Counted from the first letter of the stretch, positions 41,443 to 52,659 are shown. The stretch is DNA of 64,000 bases from Synechococcus sp. (GCA_047284725.1 JBJBEO010000001.1:1432203-1496202); one strand, 5' to 3'. Notes: a model not told the origin generated them from the sequence alone. Numbers and translations: made by a program.

Positions 41443-42434
41443 GGGGGCAGGAACAACGACTCAGGCAAATCGCGGAGGCCTGGAATGAGGCGGAGATCAG
41501 CGAATCGGCGATCCATCGCTGGATGGACCAATTTCCAGCCGTCGATCAACCGACAGCCATGCGGCTACTGGAGTGCATGGAGCTGCACAGCTGGGCACGG
41601 ATGATCCGCGAAAGCCGCCTGCTGCACCAACGCCTGTGCATGGACCTCAAAGGCGATGGGTTCGATGTGGACGGGTTCAGCGACATCGACTTCGCCCGAG
41701 CCTTCACCTGCAAAAGCGGCGACCTGGCCTCCTATGTCTACCGGAAAGCGAATCTTCTCTCCGTCAGGCACTTCCACACGATTGATGCGCTGAAAAACAG
41801 CACCGAGGACAGAAGCCAACGGGCCATTGTTGTGCTGGACGACTACATCGGCACCGGCTCCCAGTTCCTGTTCCAGTTCATTGGCCGCAGTGGGGGCAAC
41901 ACCAGGCTGCTGAAGGGGTACAAACGCATCCGGCTGTGCTCGCTGGTGGTGCATGACGATGCCCGCGTCAAATGGCGTCGTCTGCAACGCCATGCCGTTG
42001 CCGAGGTGATGCAGATCGAAGAGCAGCAACTCGCCTGCGTTGACTTCAGCAACGAGCGCGATCAGCTGATCGCCCGACTGGGTGAGATTGACTGGCGCAA
42101 GGCCGGGTTGATCGCAGCGCAGCGGGACTTCCCCGTGACAGCCCACCCTGATCTCACACCCCAAGAACGTTCAGCGATGCGTCAGTTTCTTCATCGCCAG
42201 AATTCAGCCGAGGAAGGAGCCGGGACCACCGAGTTTCTGCAGGGGCATCACTCCTTCTTTTACGGAGCCCCCAATGCCCTCGCCCGCGTCTTGCTTCCCC
42301 TGTTCAAACGGGTGGAGGATTTCACGATCTACCCCACTGAATCGCTGCAGGGTCTGCCCGCCGAGATCATCGACTACAACATCGAAAACCCCTGCGCCGT
42401 GACGCCTCTGAATCCTCACCCTCCAGACCCCTGA
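41439..42434 (+). CDS. Phosphoribosyltransferase-like protein (resembles the PRTase-CE type)
   Basis: PRPP-binding loop IVVLDDYIGTGSQF, WMDQF near the N-terminus, KSG, and FFYGAPN...PLFKR; ATGA overlap with pfkB. Confidence 0.65.
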   Translation: MRGQEQRLRQIAEAWNEAEISESAIHRWMDQFPAVDQPTAMRLLECMELHSWARMIRESRLLHQRLCMDLKGDGFDVDGFSDIDFARAFTCKSGDLASYVYRKANLLSVRHFHTIDALKNSTEDRSQRAIVVLDDYIGTGSQFLFQFIGRSGGNTRLLKGYKRIRLCSLVVHDDARVKWRRLQRHAVAEVMQIEEQQLACVDFSNERDQLIARLGEIDWRKAGLIAAQRDFPVTAHPDLTPQERSAMRQFLHRQNSAEEGAGTTEFLQGHHSFFYGAPNALARVLLPLFKRVEDFTIYPTESLQGLPAEIIDYNIENPCAVTPLNPHPPDP

Positions 42435-42509
42435 CGTTGATTTGGCGTATCACATCGGCCATCCATTCCGCAGGAGCCAGCAGCCAGCTCAATCCTTTTC
42501 TGAGACCTT

Positions 42510-43088
42510 ATGGACAACGAAGTCGTGAACTCTGAGCTGCTGCAAAGCATCAACCCACAGCTGCGTCCAGCAATCGAGGCGGATTTGCCTGCGGTGCGAC
42601 AGCTTCATCGCAAGGTCTGGCCGACGGAAGAAGGAGAGCGAATCGTCCAAGTTGTGGAAAACCTCTGGCAAACCTCAACAGGAGCCCCTCATCCAACACG
42701 GCACTGGGTGATCACCGACAAGGATGAGGCGATCCTTGGCCATGTCTGCTCGAGCGGCATCACCACAGCACAGGAAGGCAGGGTGGGATGGATTCTGGCC
42801 CCCCTTGCCGTCGCCCCCGAACATCAGGGCTTCGGTTACGGAAGTGCATTAGTCAGGCATGCCATCAACCATGCACTGACCAGCGATCAGCAGCGGATCG
42901 TTGTCTACGGAGATCCTGCTTATTACGAGCGCTTTGGGTTTGACAACCAGGCAGCCATCGCCTTCAAGCCCCCCTATCCGCTAGCCCACCCCATGGGTTG
43001 GCAAGGGATCGTTGCCAACAGAGAGAGTCTCCAATGCCCCGCCGATGTGAGGTGTCATAAGGCATTGATGCAGGCTGAGCTTTGGTGA
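42510..43088 (+). CDS. GNAT N-acetyltransferase (YhbS-like)
   Basis: LAPLAVAPEHQGFGYGSALV and VYGDPAYYERFGF. Confidence 0.85.
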   Translation: MDNEVVNSELLQSINPQLRPAIEADLPAVRQLHRKVWPTEEGERIVQVVENLWQTSTGAPHPTRHWVITDKDEAILGHVCSSGITTAQEGRVGWILAPLAVAPEHQGFGYGSALVRHAINHALTSDQQRIVVYGDPAYYERFGFDNQAAIAFKPPYPLAHPMGWQGIVANRESLQCPADVRCHKALMQAELW

Positions 43089-43262
43089 TCCAGCCAGAGC
43101 GAGATCAAGAACGAATGAAACCAACGGCAGCGCAAAACATCACCACACGCCAAACCGGCTGCGCCAACTCACCAACAGCGGATTATCAACTTGAACCTAG
43201 AGATGATCTTGGCGACTATTGATTTGATACAACGCAGCCAATCTCTCAACGAGGCTTGAAGC

Positions 43263-43877
43263 ATGGGTCATCAGAAGCCCCTTCTCAAGCGATAGTCAAC
43301 AACGCTTTCACTGGGCAAAGGCATTGCCAGACCAAGAGAGGAATCGTCCCATGCCAATCAGACGATCAATGTACTTCCAAACAGTTTTTTGTGTGACAAA
43401 GAAAGGAGTCATGAGGCTAACGGTAGACACCGAAGATGGCGATTACCTTCTGCCAGGACTTTTGGCCTCGGATGAAGTTCCCGGAGCCTCACCAACCGAT
43501 ATTGAAACATTCATCCCGATCACTCTCAGCCGATACGAATCACCGGCCCGAGTCTTGACGACATTGCATCATCTACAGATTTAACGCTCTTAATGATGCG
43601 CGCGATTTCTTCAAGACTTCGTCAATCAGAAGCTCTACTCTCGATCGTCGGGCAACGACGCGTTGAAGACCGTGTACGTTGCTTTCTTGAATTAGTTGCT
43701 AACGACCATGGAGTTGTAACTCCACATGGAATTCATATTAATCTTCGTCTTACACATCAAGATATTGCCAATGCAGTGAGTTCAACACGAGTGACAGTGA
43801 CACGAGTATTGAGCTGTCTCAAAAAGAAAGGTTGGCTTCGATCAAGCTCTCAACGCCACTTAATGCTCACGTATTAA
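43263..43877 (+). pseudogene. Disrupted Crp/Fnr-family (PtrA-like) regulator
   Basis: C-terminal HTH RVEDRVRCFL...LRLTHQDIANAVSSTRVTVTR (43593-43877) is intact; the N-terminal domain is split across frames with stops. Confidence 0.7.
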
Positions 43878-43906
43878 GTGGCGTTGAGTATGACAACTAT
43901 TTGCAT

Positions 43907-45169
43907 TTACTCAGGGCAAAGACGTTTGCTAACAGACGGCAGACGCAAACTGCTGACCCATGATAAGAATACTAAAAGAGATGAAGTCACAAGACACACC
44001 TGCAAACCTGCTGTTGCATTTCGACCGATCATAAAAATGGAACCCGACAACAACGTGCCCAAAAGACGCCCTGCCGCATTGGCCATGTAATAGAAACCAA
44101 CGTTCAGACTCACATCGTCCTGATCGGTATAGGCAAGAACCATGTAGGAATGAACCGATGAATTCATCGCGAACACCACACCAAAGGCGGCGAGTCCTGC
44201 TATCACAGCAATCGAAGCATCAACCTCTCGCCAGAGAGCCAAAGCAATCAAGCCGGGGATTGCTGTGAGCAAAGCAGACCAGAATTGAACAGTCGAAGGT
44301 CCAGGGTTCGTGGACTTTCCCCACAGACGCCTGATTGCAGGAGCGAGACCTTGCACACAGCCATAACCGATGACCCAAAGACCGAGAAAGCCTCCAATTT
44401 TCCAGAAATCCCAGCCGAAAGACACCTCAAGAAAGACTGGCAAGGCCACCACAAACCAGACATCTCGAGCTCCGAAAAGAAAAAAGCGCGCAAGCGACAA
44501 CATATTGATGGCCTGTGACTTCGAAAAAAGAGAAGAGAAACCAGGCTTTGCCTTCATCTTCCCGATGTGAGAAGGAAGCACCAACGTCACAAGAAAGGCA
44601 GCAGCCAAGCCTCCTGCCATCCATGCCACCGTTTGATTGAAGCCAAGAGCAGTCAACAACAGACCACCCAGAAAAAAACCAACGCCTTTCAGAGCATTTT
44701 TTGAGCCGGTCAAGATAGCGACCCAACGAAACAATTGATGCTCGGCCTCATTGGTCGTTTCTGGCAAGCCTTGCAAAACTGTCTTGATTGCACTTTTGGC
44801 ACTCATCTTGTTCAGATCTTTAGCAATGCCACTGATTGCCTGAGCAGCCATCACATAAATCACACTGACCAGCTTCGGCCAACTCGATGCCACAGGTACC
44901 AGCATTAATAAGGCTGCTATTTGCAACAACGTTCCCAGCCAAAGAGTGAGCCTGAGGCCATATCGAGCAGCGATCCAACCTCCATAAAGGTTAGTAATCA
45001 CACCAAAAAGTTCGTAAAAAAGGAAGAGAGAAGCAATTTCCAGAGTGCTGTAGCCAAGCTCGTGGAAATGAAAAACCACGAGCATGCGCAAGGCTCCATC
45101 GGTCAGGGTGAAGGCCCAATAGTTTGCAGTGACGACACCATATTGCTGCAATGCAGAAAGTTTCATCAC
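43907..45169 (-). CDS. arsJ: Organoarsenical efflux MFS transporter
   Basis: [40 protein letters not shown] and [13 protein letters not shown]; coupled to gap. Confidence 0.93.
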   Translation of the reverse strand: MMKLSALQQYGVVTANYWAFTLTDGALRMLVVFHFHELGYSTLEIASLFLFYELFGVITNLYGGWIAARYGLRLTLWLGTLLQIAALLMLVPVASSWPKLVSVIYVMAAQAISGIAKDLNKMSAKSAIKTVLQGLPETTNEAEHQLFRWVAILTGSKNALKGVGFFLGGLLLTALGFNQTVAWMAGGLAAAFLVTLVLPSHIGKMKAKPGFSSLFSKSQAINMLSLARFFLFGARDVWFVVALPVFLEVSFGWDFWKIGGFLGLWVIGYGCVQGLAPAIRRLWGKSTNPGPSTVQFWSALLTAIPGLIALALWREVDASIAVIAGLAAFGVVFAMNSSVHSYMVLAYTDQDDVSLNVGFYYMANAAGRLLGTLLSGSIFMIGRNATAGLQVCLVTSSLLVFLSWVSSLRLPSVSKRLCPE

Positions 45170-46185
45170 ATCCCTCTTTCAGATTCCAGCTTCACCACAT
45201 GGCAAACCAGATCAGCCATACGACTGCTGTAGCCCCATTCGTTGTCGTACCAGCCGTAAACCTTCAACTGGGTGCCACCGACCACCATCGTGGAAAGAGC
45301 ATCGACCACCACGCTGCGGTCGTCGTTGACGTAATCCACCGAGACCAGGGGCCTGGTTTCGTAGCCAAGGATGCCTTGGAGTGGTCCCTGGGCGGCCAGC
45401 GCGAAGGCCTGGTTGACCTCCTCCGTGCTGGTGGGCCGATCCAATTCGAAGACAGCGTCGGTCAGGGAGGCGTTGAGCAGCGGGATGCGCACGGCATGGC
45501 CGTTGAGCTTGCCCTGAAGCTCCGGAAAAATCATGGCAATCGCCTTGGCGGACCCCGTGGTGGTAGGAATCAGCGATTGCAGGCAGGAGCGTGAACGCCG
45601 CAGATCAGCCTTGAAGGCATCGACCACAACCTGGGTATTGGTGACGTCATGCAAGGTCGTGATCGAACCGTGACGAATGCCGAATTGCTCGTGCACCACC
45701 TTCACGATCGGGGCCAGACAGTTAGTGGTGCAGGACGCTGCTGTCACCAGCTGGTGCTGATGGGGGTCATAGAGGTGGTGATTGATTCCGTAGACGATAT
45801 TGAGCGCTCCCTTGACAGGACATCCAACAACTACACGTTTGATCCCGGCCTGACCGGAGTAGGGCTCAAGGGTGTCGGTGGATTTGAACCGGCCACTGCA
45901 CTCGAGCACCATCTCGACCCCTGCTGCAGACCAGGGCACATCAGCGGGGACACTGCAGCGACTGAAGCCAATGGGTTGACTGTCGATCAGGAGCTCTGCA
46001 TCGCTGGTTGCCTCGACCAGGCGACCCCAGCGTCCATGGACCGAGTCAAAGCAAAGCAGGTGTGCGGCCGATTCAGCCGTGGCCTGATGGTCGTTGATCT
46101 GGACAATCTCGATGCCCGATCGACCAAAAAGAGCGCGGCAGACCAGCCGTCCGATCCGCCCGAAACCATTGATGCCAATCCGCAT
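45166..46185 (-). CDS. gap: ArsJ-associated glyceraldehyde-3-phosphate dehydrogenase
   Basis: [25 protein letters not shown] and WYDNEWGY. Confidence 0.93.
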   Translation of the reverse strand: MRIGINGFGRIGRLVCRALFGRSGIEIVQINDHQATAESAAHLLCFDSVHGRWGRLVEATSDAELLIDSQPIGFSRCSVPADVPWSAAGVEMVLECSGRFKSTDTLEPYSGQAGIKRVVVGCPVKGALNIVYGINHHLYDPHQHQLVTAASCTTNCLAPIVKVVHEQFGIRHGSITTLHDVTNTQVVVDAFKADLRRSRSCLQSLIPTTTGSAKAIAMIFPELQGKLNGHAVRIPLLNASLTDAVFELDRPTSTEEVNQAFALAAQGPLQGILGYETRPLVSVDYVNDDRSVVVDALSTMVVGGTQLKVYGWYDNEWGYSSRMADLVCHVVKLESERGM

Positions 46186-46201
46186 GCGCTGCCACAAACC
46201 A

Positions 46202-46235
46202 ATCAACCAATCTTGATACATCAAGGTTTCTTGAT
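46202..46235. promoter_or_regulatory. ArsR operator: two tandem ATCAA-N6-TTGAT sites
   Basis: ATCAAccaatcTTGAT (46202-46217) and ATCAAggtttcTTGAT (46220-46235) between divergent gap and arsR. Confidence 0.8.
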
Positions 46236-46267
46236 TGGTTAAGCTGAGGTTAGGCACTGATTGAGTC

Positions 46268-46588
46268 ATGCCCCAGGCCCTCAGCATCCCTCCTGCAGAG
46301 CAGCTCTGTCCCCTGTTCAAGGCGCTGGCAGACCCGTTGCGCCTGAAGGTGGCGCTGGCCTTAGCGGCCGGCGAGCATTGCGTTTGCGAACTCACCGAGC
46401 AGATGGGCCTGGCCCAGTCCAAGCTCTCCTTTCACCTCAAGGTGATGCGAGAAGCGGGCCTGCTGGAGTGCCGCGTTGAGGGACGCTGGGTTTACTACAG
46501 GCTTCGCGATGAAGCAGTGGGAGACTTAAGGGATTGGCTTGATCGCCTGCATACCACCAGGTCACGTACCCCCCAGTCGTGCTGTTGA
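46268..46588 (+). CDS. arsR: ArsR/SmtB repressor
   Basis: [39 protein letters not shown] and a C-terminal CC. Confidence 0.92.
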   Translation: MPQALSIPPAEQLCPLFKALADPLRLKVALALAAGEHCVCELTEQMGLAQSKLSFHLKVMREAGLLECRVEGRWVYYRLRDEAVGDLRDWLDRLHTTRSRTPQSCC

Positions 46589-46984
46589 TTCAGACAAGAC
46601 TCACGCTGCCATCCAACCGCCCATGGCGACAGGACTCAATCACCGGAATGCCTTGACGGCTGAACAGAGGATGCAGCCTCGTGACGTCGCCGTCCCATGA
46701 GCTCCCCGCCTTCAGCATCGACATCCTCTGCAGCGCTGCATCAATCGGCGATCGCTCATCAGATCCGTACAACTGCAACTTGCCAGGCATTCTCCGACGA
46801 ACCAGTCAATTCACAGTGACCAATCCAATCTGATCAATGCCATCTGATCGACGCAGTCTTCTGCAGAAGACTTTGAGCCAGCAGAACACCACCACTACAA
46901 AGATTCTAAAACAAATCATTAATTGCACCATCTGCGCGCAAACTCCAACCAGACTTTCTTTCTCGATAGGCCAGAAGAAGCTCG

Positions 46985-49879
46985 ATGGGAGAATTTCTTG
47001 TTATTGCAGCTGCAATGCTTTTCTGCTGGAATCTTCTCTCGATTCCAATCGGATTGACACTCCACTGGCGCCACCAGAATCAACTCAATGCGTTACGCAA
47101 GCGTATCCAGGCTCTCGAGGAACAACAGCCTTTTTCTGAAGCCGAGACATCAAACCCTCGTGCGGAATCCGAAAGACAAAAAGAGTCAAAGCCCCTAACA
47201 GCAGCAGAGCAAGCCAAGAAACAACCATCATCCTTCCAACCCGAGGCAAGGTCTGATCAAGTCGTTGTTCCACAACCAACGACGTCAATACAGTCGCCTT
47301 CGTTATCAACGACCGTTCATCAACCCAATCAAACCAGCCAAGGGCCCTTGGAATGGCAAGGGCGGTGGCAACAGATTGAACAACAACTGCTCAGAAACTG
47401 GACTGGACTGCTTGGAGTCCTGGCCGTTGTTGCCGGCATCTCATTTGTAGCAATCAGCAGCCTGCTGATCATGGCGCCTTTTCAGCGTTTTCTCGTCCTG
47501 GAGGCCATCGGCTTGGGGATGATTGTGCCCTCCTTCACCATCAGAGGTCACCACCGCCTCCGCCCGCTCCTCATCTGGTTGCGCAGTGGCGCCGGAGGGC
47601 TGCAATTGTTTGCTGCCGCTGCATCCAGCACTTGGCCAGCCCTGGGCCTGGCCTGGAATCAGTCGACAAGCGTGGGGTTGATCCTGATGACCACAGCGGT
47701 GGGCTTCAATCTGCTGCTGGCAAAGATCACCACCTCTCGCTGGTTGGCGGCATCTCACGTGTTGATTGCCATGGTGCCAAGCCTCGTCGCCGCCCCCAGC
47801 AACGCCACACTGCTGCTTCTGGCGCTGATCAGTGCGTTGGGGATGGCAACCAGCGCAGGCCATTTTGGTCCCACGCGTTTCGTGATCGGCCTCAGCTTCG
47901 TTGGCATGGGGGGGTGGCTGAACCTCAACCCAGAAGTGTCCCTTGTGGGAATGGTCACCTTGGTGTTGGCAAGCCTTGACTTGTCAATTCTCCATTTCTT
48001 TCCTCCCCCGGACCTGCAGGGTTCAAACGGCTGGAGAACACGCTGCATCGGCCTCACCTGGATTGGAATGGCGCTCCTGGTGGGCCTTTCTCCCCTGCCT
48101 TGGCTCTGGCCAGGGTCCGGACTGCTCGCCGCCTCGATCGGAGCGCTTGCGCTGACGGAGGTTTGCAAGCAGCGACAGCAGCAGCAACTTCTGAGACTGA
48201 ACTGGTGCGCAGCTGTTGTCCTAGCAACCATTGGCCTGGGCCAGGCCTTGGCGCCACTCAACACGACGCTGCTCATGCTCAGCCTGATGAGCATTGTCTG
48301 CTGTGCGTTTGTCTGGGACGCCTGTCGTCGACAGGAGCAGCCCCTGATGCACCTGGCAGGCGCAGCGATGGTGTTGCTGACCAGTTGCTTGCTGGTTGTG
48401 TTGCTGACCAGCTATGCCGCCGCAACCAAGGCAGACCTTCCTTTGATCATTGTGCTCGGACTCGGGCAACAGGCCGTGATTCATCAGGGCTACCGCTTGA
48501 GAATGCCGCCATGGATCGCCATCACTGGGGGCTGGCTGGCCTGTTCCCTGGCGGTGATCGCCATCGCCCTTCTGCTCCCGGGAAAAGCAAGCCCCTGGGT
48601 TGCCACCAGCGTCCTTCTGATCGGACTCCACCTGTCGGGCAGAACAGGTGCCATGGCGTCTCTGAGAACCATCAATGTCTTCTTCTCTGTGATGAGCTGG
48701 TGTGCGATCGCCCTACGACTCGGACAACTCGGAACCACAGCTCCATCGGCCGGCGATCTCGTTGTCCACTGCGGTCCACTACTCGCCATCAGTGCAGGGC
48801 TCATCGTCTGCGGTCGTCGCCTTGATGCCTCGCTGGCGGGAACGCGCAGTCTCGGCCTCGTCCAGGGCAGCATCAGCCTCGTCCTGACCGGTCTGACAAT
48901 CAAGGGAGCATGGGCGTGGCCAGCGACAGGTCTGGCCTCGTTGTGGTGGCTGGTGCTGGCAGTGGGTCTGCTCGGTCTTGCCTGCACATCGGCCAACAGA
49001 GGCTTGAGAGGAGAGAGCAGCGTTCTGCTCTACCTCGGTGGGGCAGCACTTATGAGTTTCTGCCTGTCGCGATTGGCATCACAACCCTTCAACGATGCTC
49101 GTGTTGCTGCGGTCGACAGTGCCTTCGTTGCTCTTTTGGTGGGGATCCGTGCTGCGGGGCATCGGATCGCCCTGAGGGATGACACCATTTGGAAGGACTT
49201 CGTCTCCTGCTCAGGCGACCTGGCTGTTCTGGCCACCATCGTGATGAGCGTCATGCGTTTCTCCCCTCTCGCCACGATGGTTCTGTTGTCGGGGCTGGCC
49301 CTTGCTGCATGGCGAGGGCCGCAGCGCCCCTACTGGCCGCGCCGCATGGGACAGGGAGTGCTGTTGTTCCTGTCCGCACTGTGGGCCCTGACCTGCATCC
49401 CCACAGGAACACAAACGGCGATGGTGTTGATCTGGAGTGGAGTTCCCGTTCTCAGCGCCGTGGGCTTTTACAAGGCTCCTCGGCTTCAGCAGATCAATGC
49501 AGACCTTGAAGCTGAACCAACACCTTGGATCTTCCAATGGATCGATCGACTTGAAACTCTTGCTCGTCGCTATCCACAACGCGTGATTGCAGGCCCACTC
49601 AGCGTCGCGCTTGCGTTGATGTTCATCCACATGCCTACCGGCTCCTATTGGCTCACCTTGATTTGGTCCATCGAAGCACTGGTTCTCTACTCGTTATCAC
49701 TAATGTTCAATGACAAGCCCATGCGACGCGGCGCGCTTGTGATGCTGGGCCTGTGCCTTGCTCGTTTGGTGGGCTGGGATATGCAACGTGCCGACATGGC
49801 ACTGCGCGGAATCGTCTTCACAGGCGTAGGCATGGTCTTGATCACCATGAACGTGATGAGCTCCCGCTTTGAACGATGA
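46985..49879 (+). CDS. Large polytopic membrane protein (DUF2339-like)
   Basis: N-terminal TM, coiled coil and low-complexity linker, EQQLLRNWTGLLG, many TM helices, C-terminal RGIVFTGVG. Confidence 0.7.
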   Translation: MGEFLVIAAAMLFCWNLLSIPIGLTLHWRHQNQLNALRKRIQALEEQQPFSEAETSNPRAESERQKESKPLTAAEQAKKQPSSFQPEARSDQVVVPQPTTSIQSPSLSTTVHQPNQTSQGPLEWQGRWQQIEQQLLRNWTGLLGVLAVVAGISFVAISSLLIMAPFQRFLVLEAIGLGMIVPSFTIRGHHRLRPLLIWLRSGAGGLQLFAAAASSTWPALGLAWNQSTSVGLILMTTAVGFNLLLAKITTSRWLAASHVLIAMVPSLVAAPSNATLLLLALISALGMATSAGHFGPTRFVIGLSFVGMGGWLNLNPEVSLVGMVTLVLASLDLSILHFFPPPDLQGSNGWRTRCIGLTWIGMALLVGLSPLPWLWPGSGLLAASIGALALTEVCKQRQQQQLLRLNWCAAVVLATIGLGQALAPLNTTLLMLSLMSIVCCAFVWDACRRQEQPLMHLAGAAMVLLTSCLLVVLLTSYAAATKADLPLIIVLGLGQQAVIHQGYRLRMPPWIAITGGWLACSLAVIAIALLLPGKASPWVATSVLLIGLHLSGRTGAMASLRTINVFFSVMSWCAIALRLGQLGTTAPSAGDLVVHCGPLLAISAGLIVCGRRLDASLAGTRSLGLVQGSISLVLTGLTIKGAWAWPATGLASLWWLVLAVGLLGLACTSANRGLRGESSVLLYLGGAALMSFCLSRLASQPFNDARVAAVDSAFVALLVGIRAAGHRIALRDDTIWKDFVSCSGDLAVLATIVMSVMRFSPLATMVLLSGLALAAWRGPQRPYWPRRMGQGVLLFLSALWALTCIPTGTQTAMVLIWSGVPVLSAVGFYKAPRLQQINADLEAEPTPWIFQWIDRLETLARRYPQRVIAGPLSVALALMFIHMPTGSYWLTLIWSIEALVLYSLSLMFNDKPMRRGALVMLGLCLARLVGWDMQRADMALRGIVFTGVGMVLITMNVMSSRFER

Positions 49880-50101
49880 ACCGGCGGCGATGGTTCACAA
49901 AGGTCTGACTCCATCGTCTGGATCGGTGAGAGCAAAGCAATACACCAGTTGGGAAACGGCTGGTAGCGGTGCAGACAACACCATGGCTGACCGGGCTCGC
50001 CTTTACCCGGATTTCATTCTTGCCATGCTCATTGTTACAAGCAGCATGATGAGGCAACCGCAGTTCCTGCGCTGTGAGCGTTGCTTTGCGGAATGACAAC
50101 C

Positions 50102-50344
50102 ATGAAAGGCCATGCCTCCACTGCCAGGATGACCGACTGGCTCTCCATCCCATTCGCCGTCATCATCACTGCCACGGCCTTCCCCCTTGCCAGCCACGGG
50201 CACAGCAGAGGCCTCTACCAGTCCCAAGCTGAAGCTGAACAACGGGCCAAGGAGATTGGTTGCACGACTGTTCATCAGAACAACGGGAAATGGATGCCCT
50301 GCACCGATGAGCGGGAACTCCACCAGCAACTTCGCAAGCAATGA
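50102..50344 (+). CDS. DUF3721-like small secreted protein
   Basis: YQSQAEAEQRAKEIGC..VHQNNGKWMPC; start uncertain. Confidence 0.7.
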   Translation: MKGHASTARMTDWLSIPFAVIITATAFPLASHGHSRGLYQSQAEAEQRAKEIGCTTVHQNNGKWMPCTDERELHQQLRKQ

Positions 50345-50610
50345 GTCAACGACAGCTGTCAAGGCATGCACGCAAAGTTCACCGTTGGCTGGTTCCGATT
50401 GCCGCGGTCCCGTTGCTGATCACAGCAGGCACGGGATCTCTCTACAGCTTGCTCTTGGAACAAGAGATCGATGCCTTCTGGCTGCTCAAACTCCACACCG
50501 GAGATTTTGGTGTACTGAATCTCCAACCGGTCTATCCAATGCTGCTCGGCATTCTCACAATCTTGGTCGCAGCTTCAGGTGCAGCAATGCTCCTCAAACC
50601 ATCGCGATGA
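50341..50610 (+). CDS. PepSY-associated TM-helix small membrane protein
   Basis: RKVHRWL...TG and WLLKLHTG; overlaps the upstream stop. Confidence 0.75.
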   Translation: MSQRQLSRHARKVHRWLVPIAAVPLLITAGTGSLYSLLLEQEIDAFWLLKLHTGDFGVLNLQPVYPMLLGILTILVAASGAAMLLKPSR

Positions 50611-50909
50611 CCAGGCATTTCTCAAGGCAATCTATGTCTAAACGCTCAGCCGTCAAAATGATCGGGCTACTCCATGATCGGCAATGACGAGTGCGTCAGA
50701 AGATGAAACCTGAACGTCAGCCTCTTCTCCGCTGCAAGACCTAGCCAGCAGCATCAGTTCCAGCCAACACGGCGCATCCATACCAACAGATTCAAAGCCT
50801 CAAAGGCATTCAACTGAAGGATAGTTCAGAGACGACGCCATCCGGGACCGTCAAACCATCAAGGGATGGTCAGCCATCGATGTCGCCGTGCTCGATCACC
50901 CAAGAGACC

Positions 50910-51104
50910 TCAAGAACTGAGCCGAGCACTGATCGAATCAACATCGATTTCTCGAGCCAGGTCAGGATTCAATCTGATGGCCATCCAAATCAGCATGGTG
51001 GAACATTCTCGATCACCGGCACCGAAATCATATTTCCAATCATTCACCATTGCCCTCAGCTCAGATTGAGCTTTTAGAACAAATTCGTCTGTCCACTCCT
51101 CCAC
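50910..51104 (-). CDS. Small hypothetical protein
   Basis: 64-aa ORF (EFVLKAQSELRAMVNDWKYDFGA.D.EC) resembling picocyanobacterial conserved hypotheticals. Confidence 0.6.
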   Translation of the reverse strand: MEEWTDEFVLKAQSELRAMVNDWKYDFGAGDRECSTMLIWMAIRLNPDLAREIDVDSISARLSS

Positions 51105-51147
51105 AAGTTCAATCCTCTAGCTAGCCAGTCAGACAATCAAGCCATCG

Positions 51148-51411
51148 CTAGCCCAGATCATCCTCAGAATCATAAAATGGCTCACTGGCCCCGGGTTCCT
51201 CATTGTTCAACACAAGGGCCTTCAACGAATCATCACTTTCAAAAACAAACAAGCTGTCTTCATCAGGATGAACGCCTTTCATCTCTGGATGACAATTGAC
51301 AAGGCGATGCAACCTGCGATGTTCGCGCCAGTAACCCAAACCCTTCTCAAAGAGATGGATCACGAGGGCAATGCTCACCAGGACAAGCGCGACGCATTCC
51401 AGTGCCTGCAT
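51148..51411 (-). CDS. Small hypothetical membrane protein
   Basis: N-terminal TM helix and acidic tail; GAGGG before the ATG. Confidence 0.5.
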   Translation of the reverse strand: MQALECVALVLVSIALVIHLFEKGLGYWREHRRLHRLVNCHPEMKGVHPDEDSLFVFESDDSLKALVLNNEEPGASEPFYDSEDDLG

Positions 51412-51534
51412 CGAGGGAAAACCGTCTTGACATGACCCTAGCCCTAAAGAGGCGGTTCGCCGATGCCACTGCGAACAACACCGGCAGACCCTGAACAGTC
51501 ACGGCGGAGACAGCAGCATGCGCCCCAAGGGGCA

Positions 51535-51555
51535 TAACGAGAATGATTCCCATTT
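51535..51555. promoter_or_regulatory. Putative Zur/Fur-family box
   Basis: Near-palindrome GAGAAT-G-ATTCCC about 25 bp upstream of a G3E GTPase start. Confidence 0.5.
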
Positions 51556-51574
51556 TCCACGGAGGAAGCTGCTG

Positions 51575-52127
51575 ATGCAGCAAGCGACTCTGGTGTCAGG
51601 GTCTCCAGGATGCGGAAAAAACCGCTTGGGCACTCCAGGCCTTCCTGGCCCACCACGGCCCTCGCACTTACTTGCGACTGGTCGGTGATGAGCAGGAGGG
51701 ACTGCAACCGGGTCAGGACAGTGGAATCGATCTGGCGTGGCTTCAGGATCAGCTATCAGACCTTCAATCTCCTCTTGCTGCCGACAAAGCAACCAAGACC
51801 GGGTCCGACGATGAACTGATCGTGATCGAGGTCCAACAGTTCCGGCCACCGCAGGTCGAAGGACTCGATGGTTACGAAGCAGCGGTGCAACGCCTGCTTG
51901 CGGAGCTCGACATCCGACCCAGCCGGTTCTTGCACTTTGGCACCCAGTGGCCGTTCAAGAGGATTTGGCTGACTCAGATCGGTCAGGCCTGCCAAGGGAT
52001 CAAGTTCAGTGCAACCTCAGATTCACGTCTTTCAGCAAAGAGGCGCCAATCATCCAGGCTCCGACGAGCAGGCCCTCCAGCTCCAATGGTGTTGTGTCTG
52101 AGGACAGGCCAAAGGGAATCAGGCTGA
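51575..52127 (+). pseudogene. G3E/COG0523-like P-loop protein, frameshifted in an A6 run
   Basis: GGAGG SD, then MQQATLVSGSPGCGK. Removing one A from 51616-51621 restores GSPGCGKTAWALQAFL... in frame with ORF 51672-52127. Confidence 0.7.
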
Positions 52128-52176
52128 ATCCGAATCGGCACCCCACGGGTATGAACAACAGCCATCCACATTTGCC

Positions 52177-52653
52177 TTGAAACATCGTGCTGTCGCCCTC
52201 GGGCTACTCATCGGTGGCGTGATGCCCCTCGCTACCGCTGTGGCTCCACTGTCGAACATGCCGGCAGGGGCCATGCTCTCGACACCTGCCCATGCGGCGT
52301 CTCCGCTTGCAGCATCCCTGCAGGACAAACCCGTTGTTGTTGAAATTTATGCCTCATGGTGCAGCGCTTGCCAGGCCATCAAGCCTGTGATGAAGACCCT
52401 CCGCCAGAAGGAAGGCGACTCCGTGCACTGGGTACGCTTTGATGTCACGAACGCGGCGGCTGCACAACAATCGGCTGTTCGTGCAAACAGTCTCGGCCTT
52501 GGCCCGTTTTTCAACACCAACCGCAGTCAGACCAGCCTGGTCAGCATCATCAACCCGCAAACGGGTCAAGCCATCAAAACCTTTCGAGCCCAACCGGATC
52601 TTGATGCGTATCTCCAGGCCATTGACACAACACGGTCAATGATTGGTGGTTAA
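52177..52653 (+). CDS. Exported thioredoxin-like protein
   Basis: Signal peptide and VVEIYASWCSAC (CxxC). Confidence 0.85.
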   Translation: MKHRAVALGLLIGGVMPLATAVAPLSNMPAGAMLSTPAHAASPLAASLQDKPVVVEIYASWCSACQAIKPVMKTLRQKEGDSVHWVRFDVTNAAAAQQSAVRANSLGLGPFFNTNRSQTSLVSIINPQTGQAIKTFRAQPDLDAYLQAIDTTRSMIGG

Positions 52654-52659
52654 GCGGAG

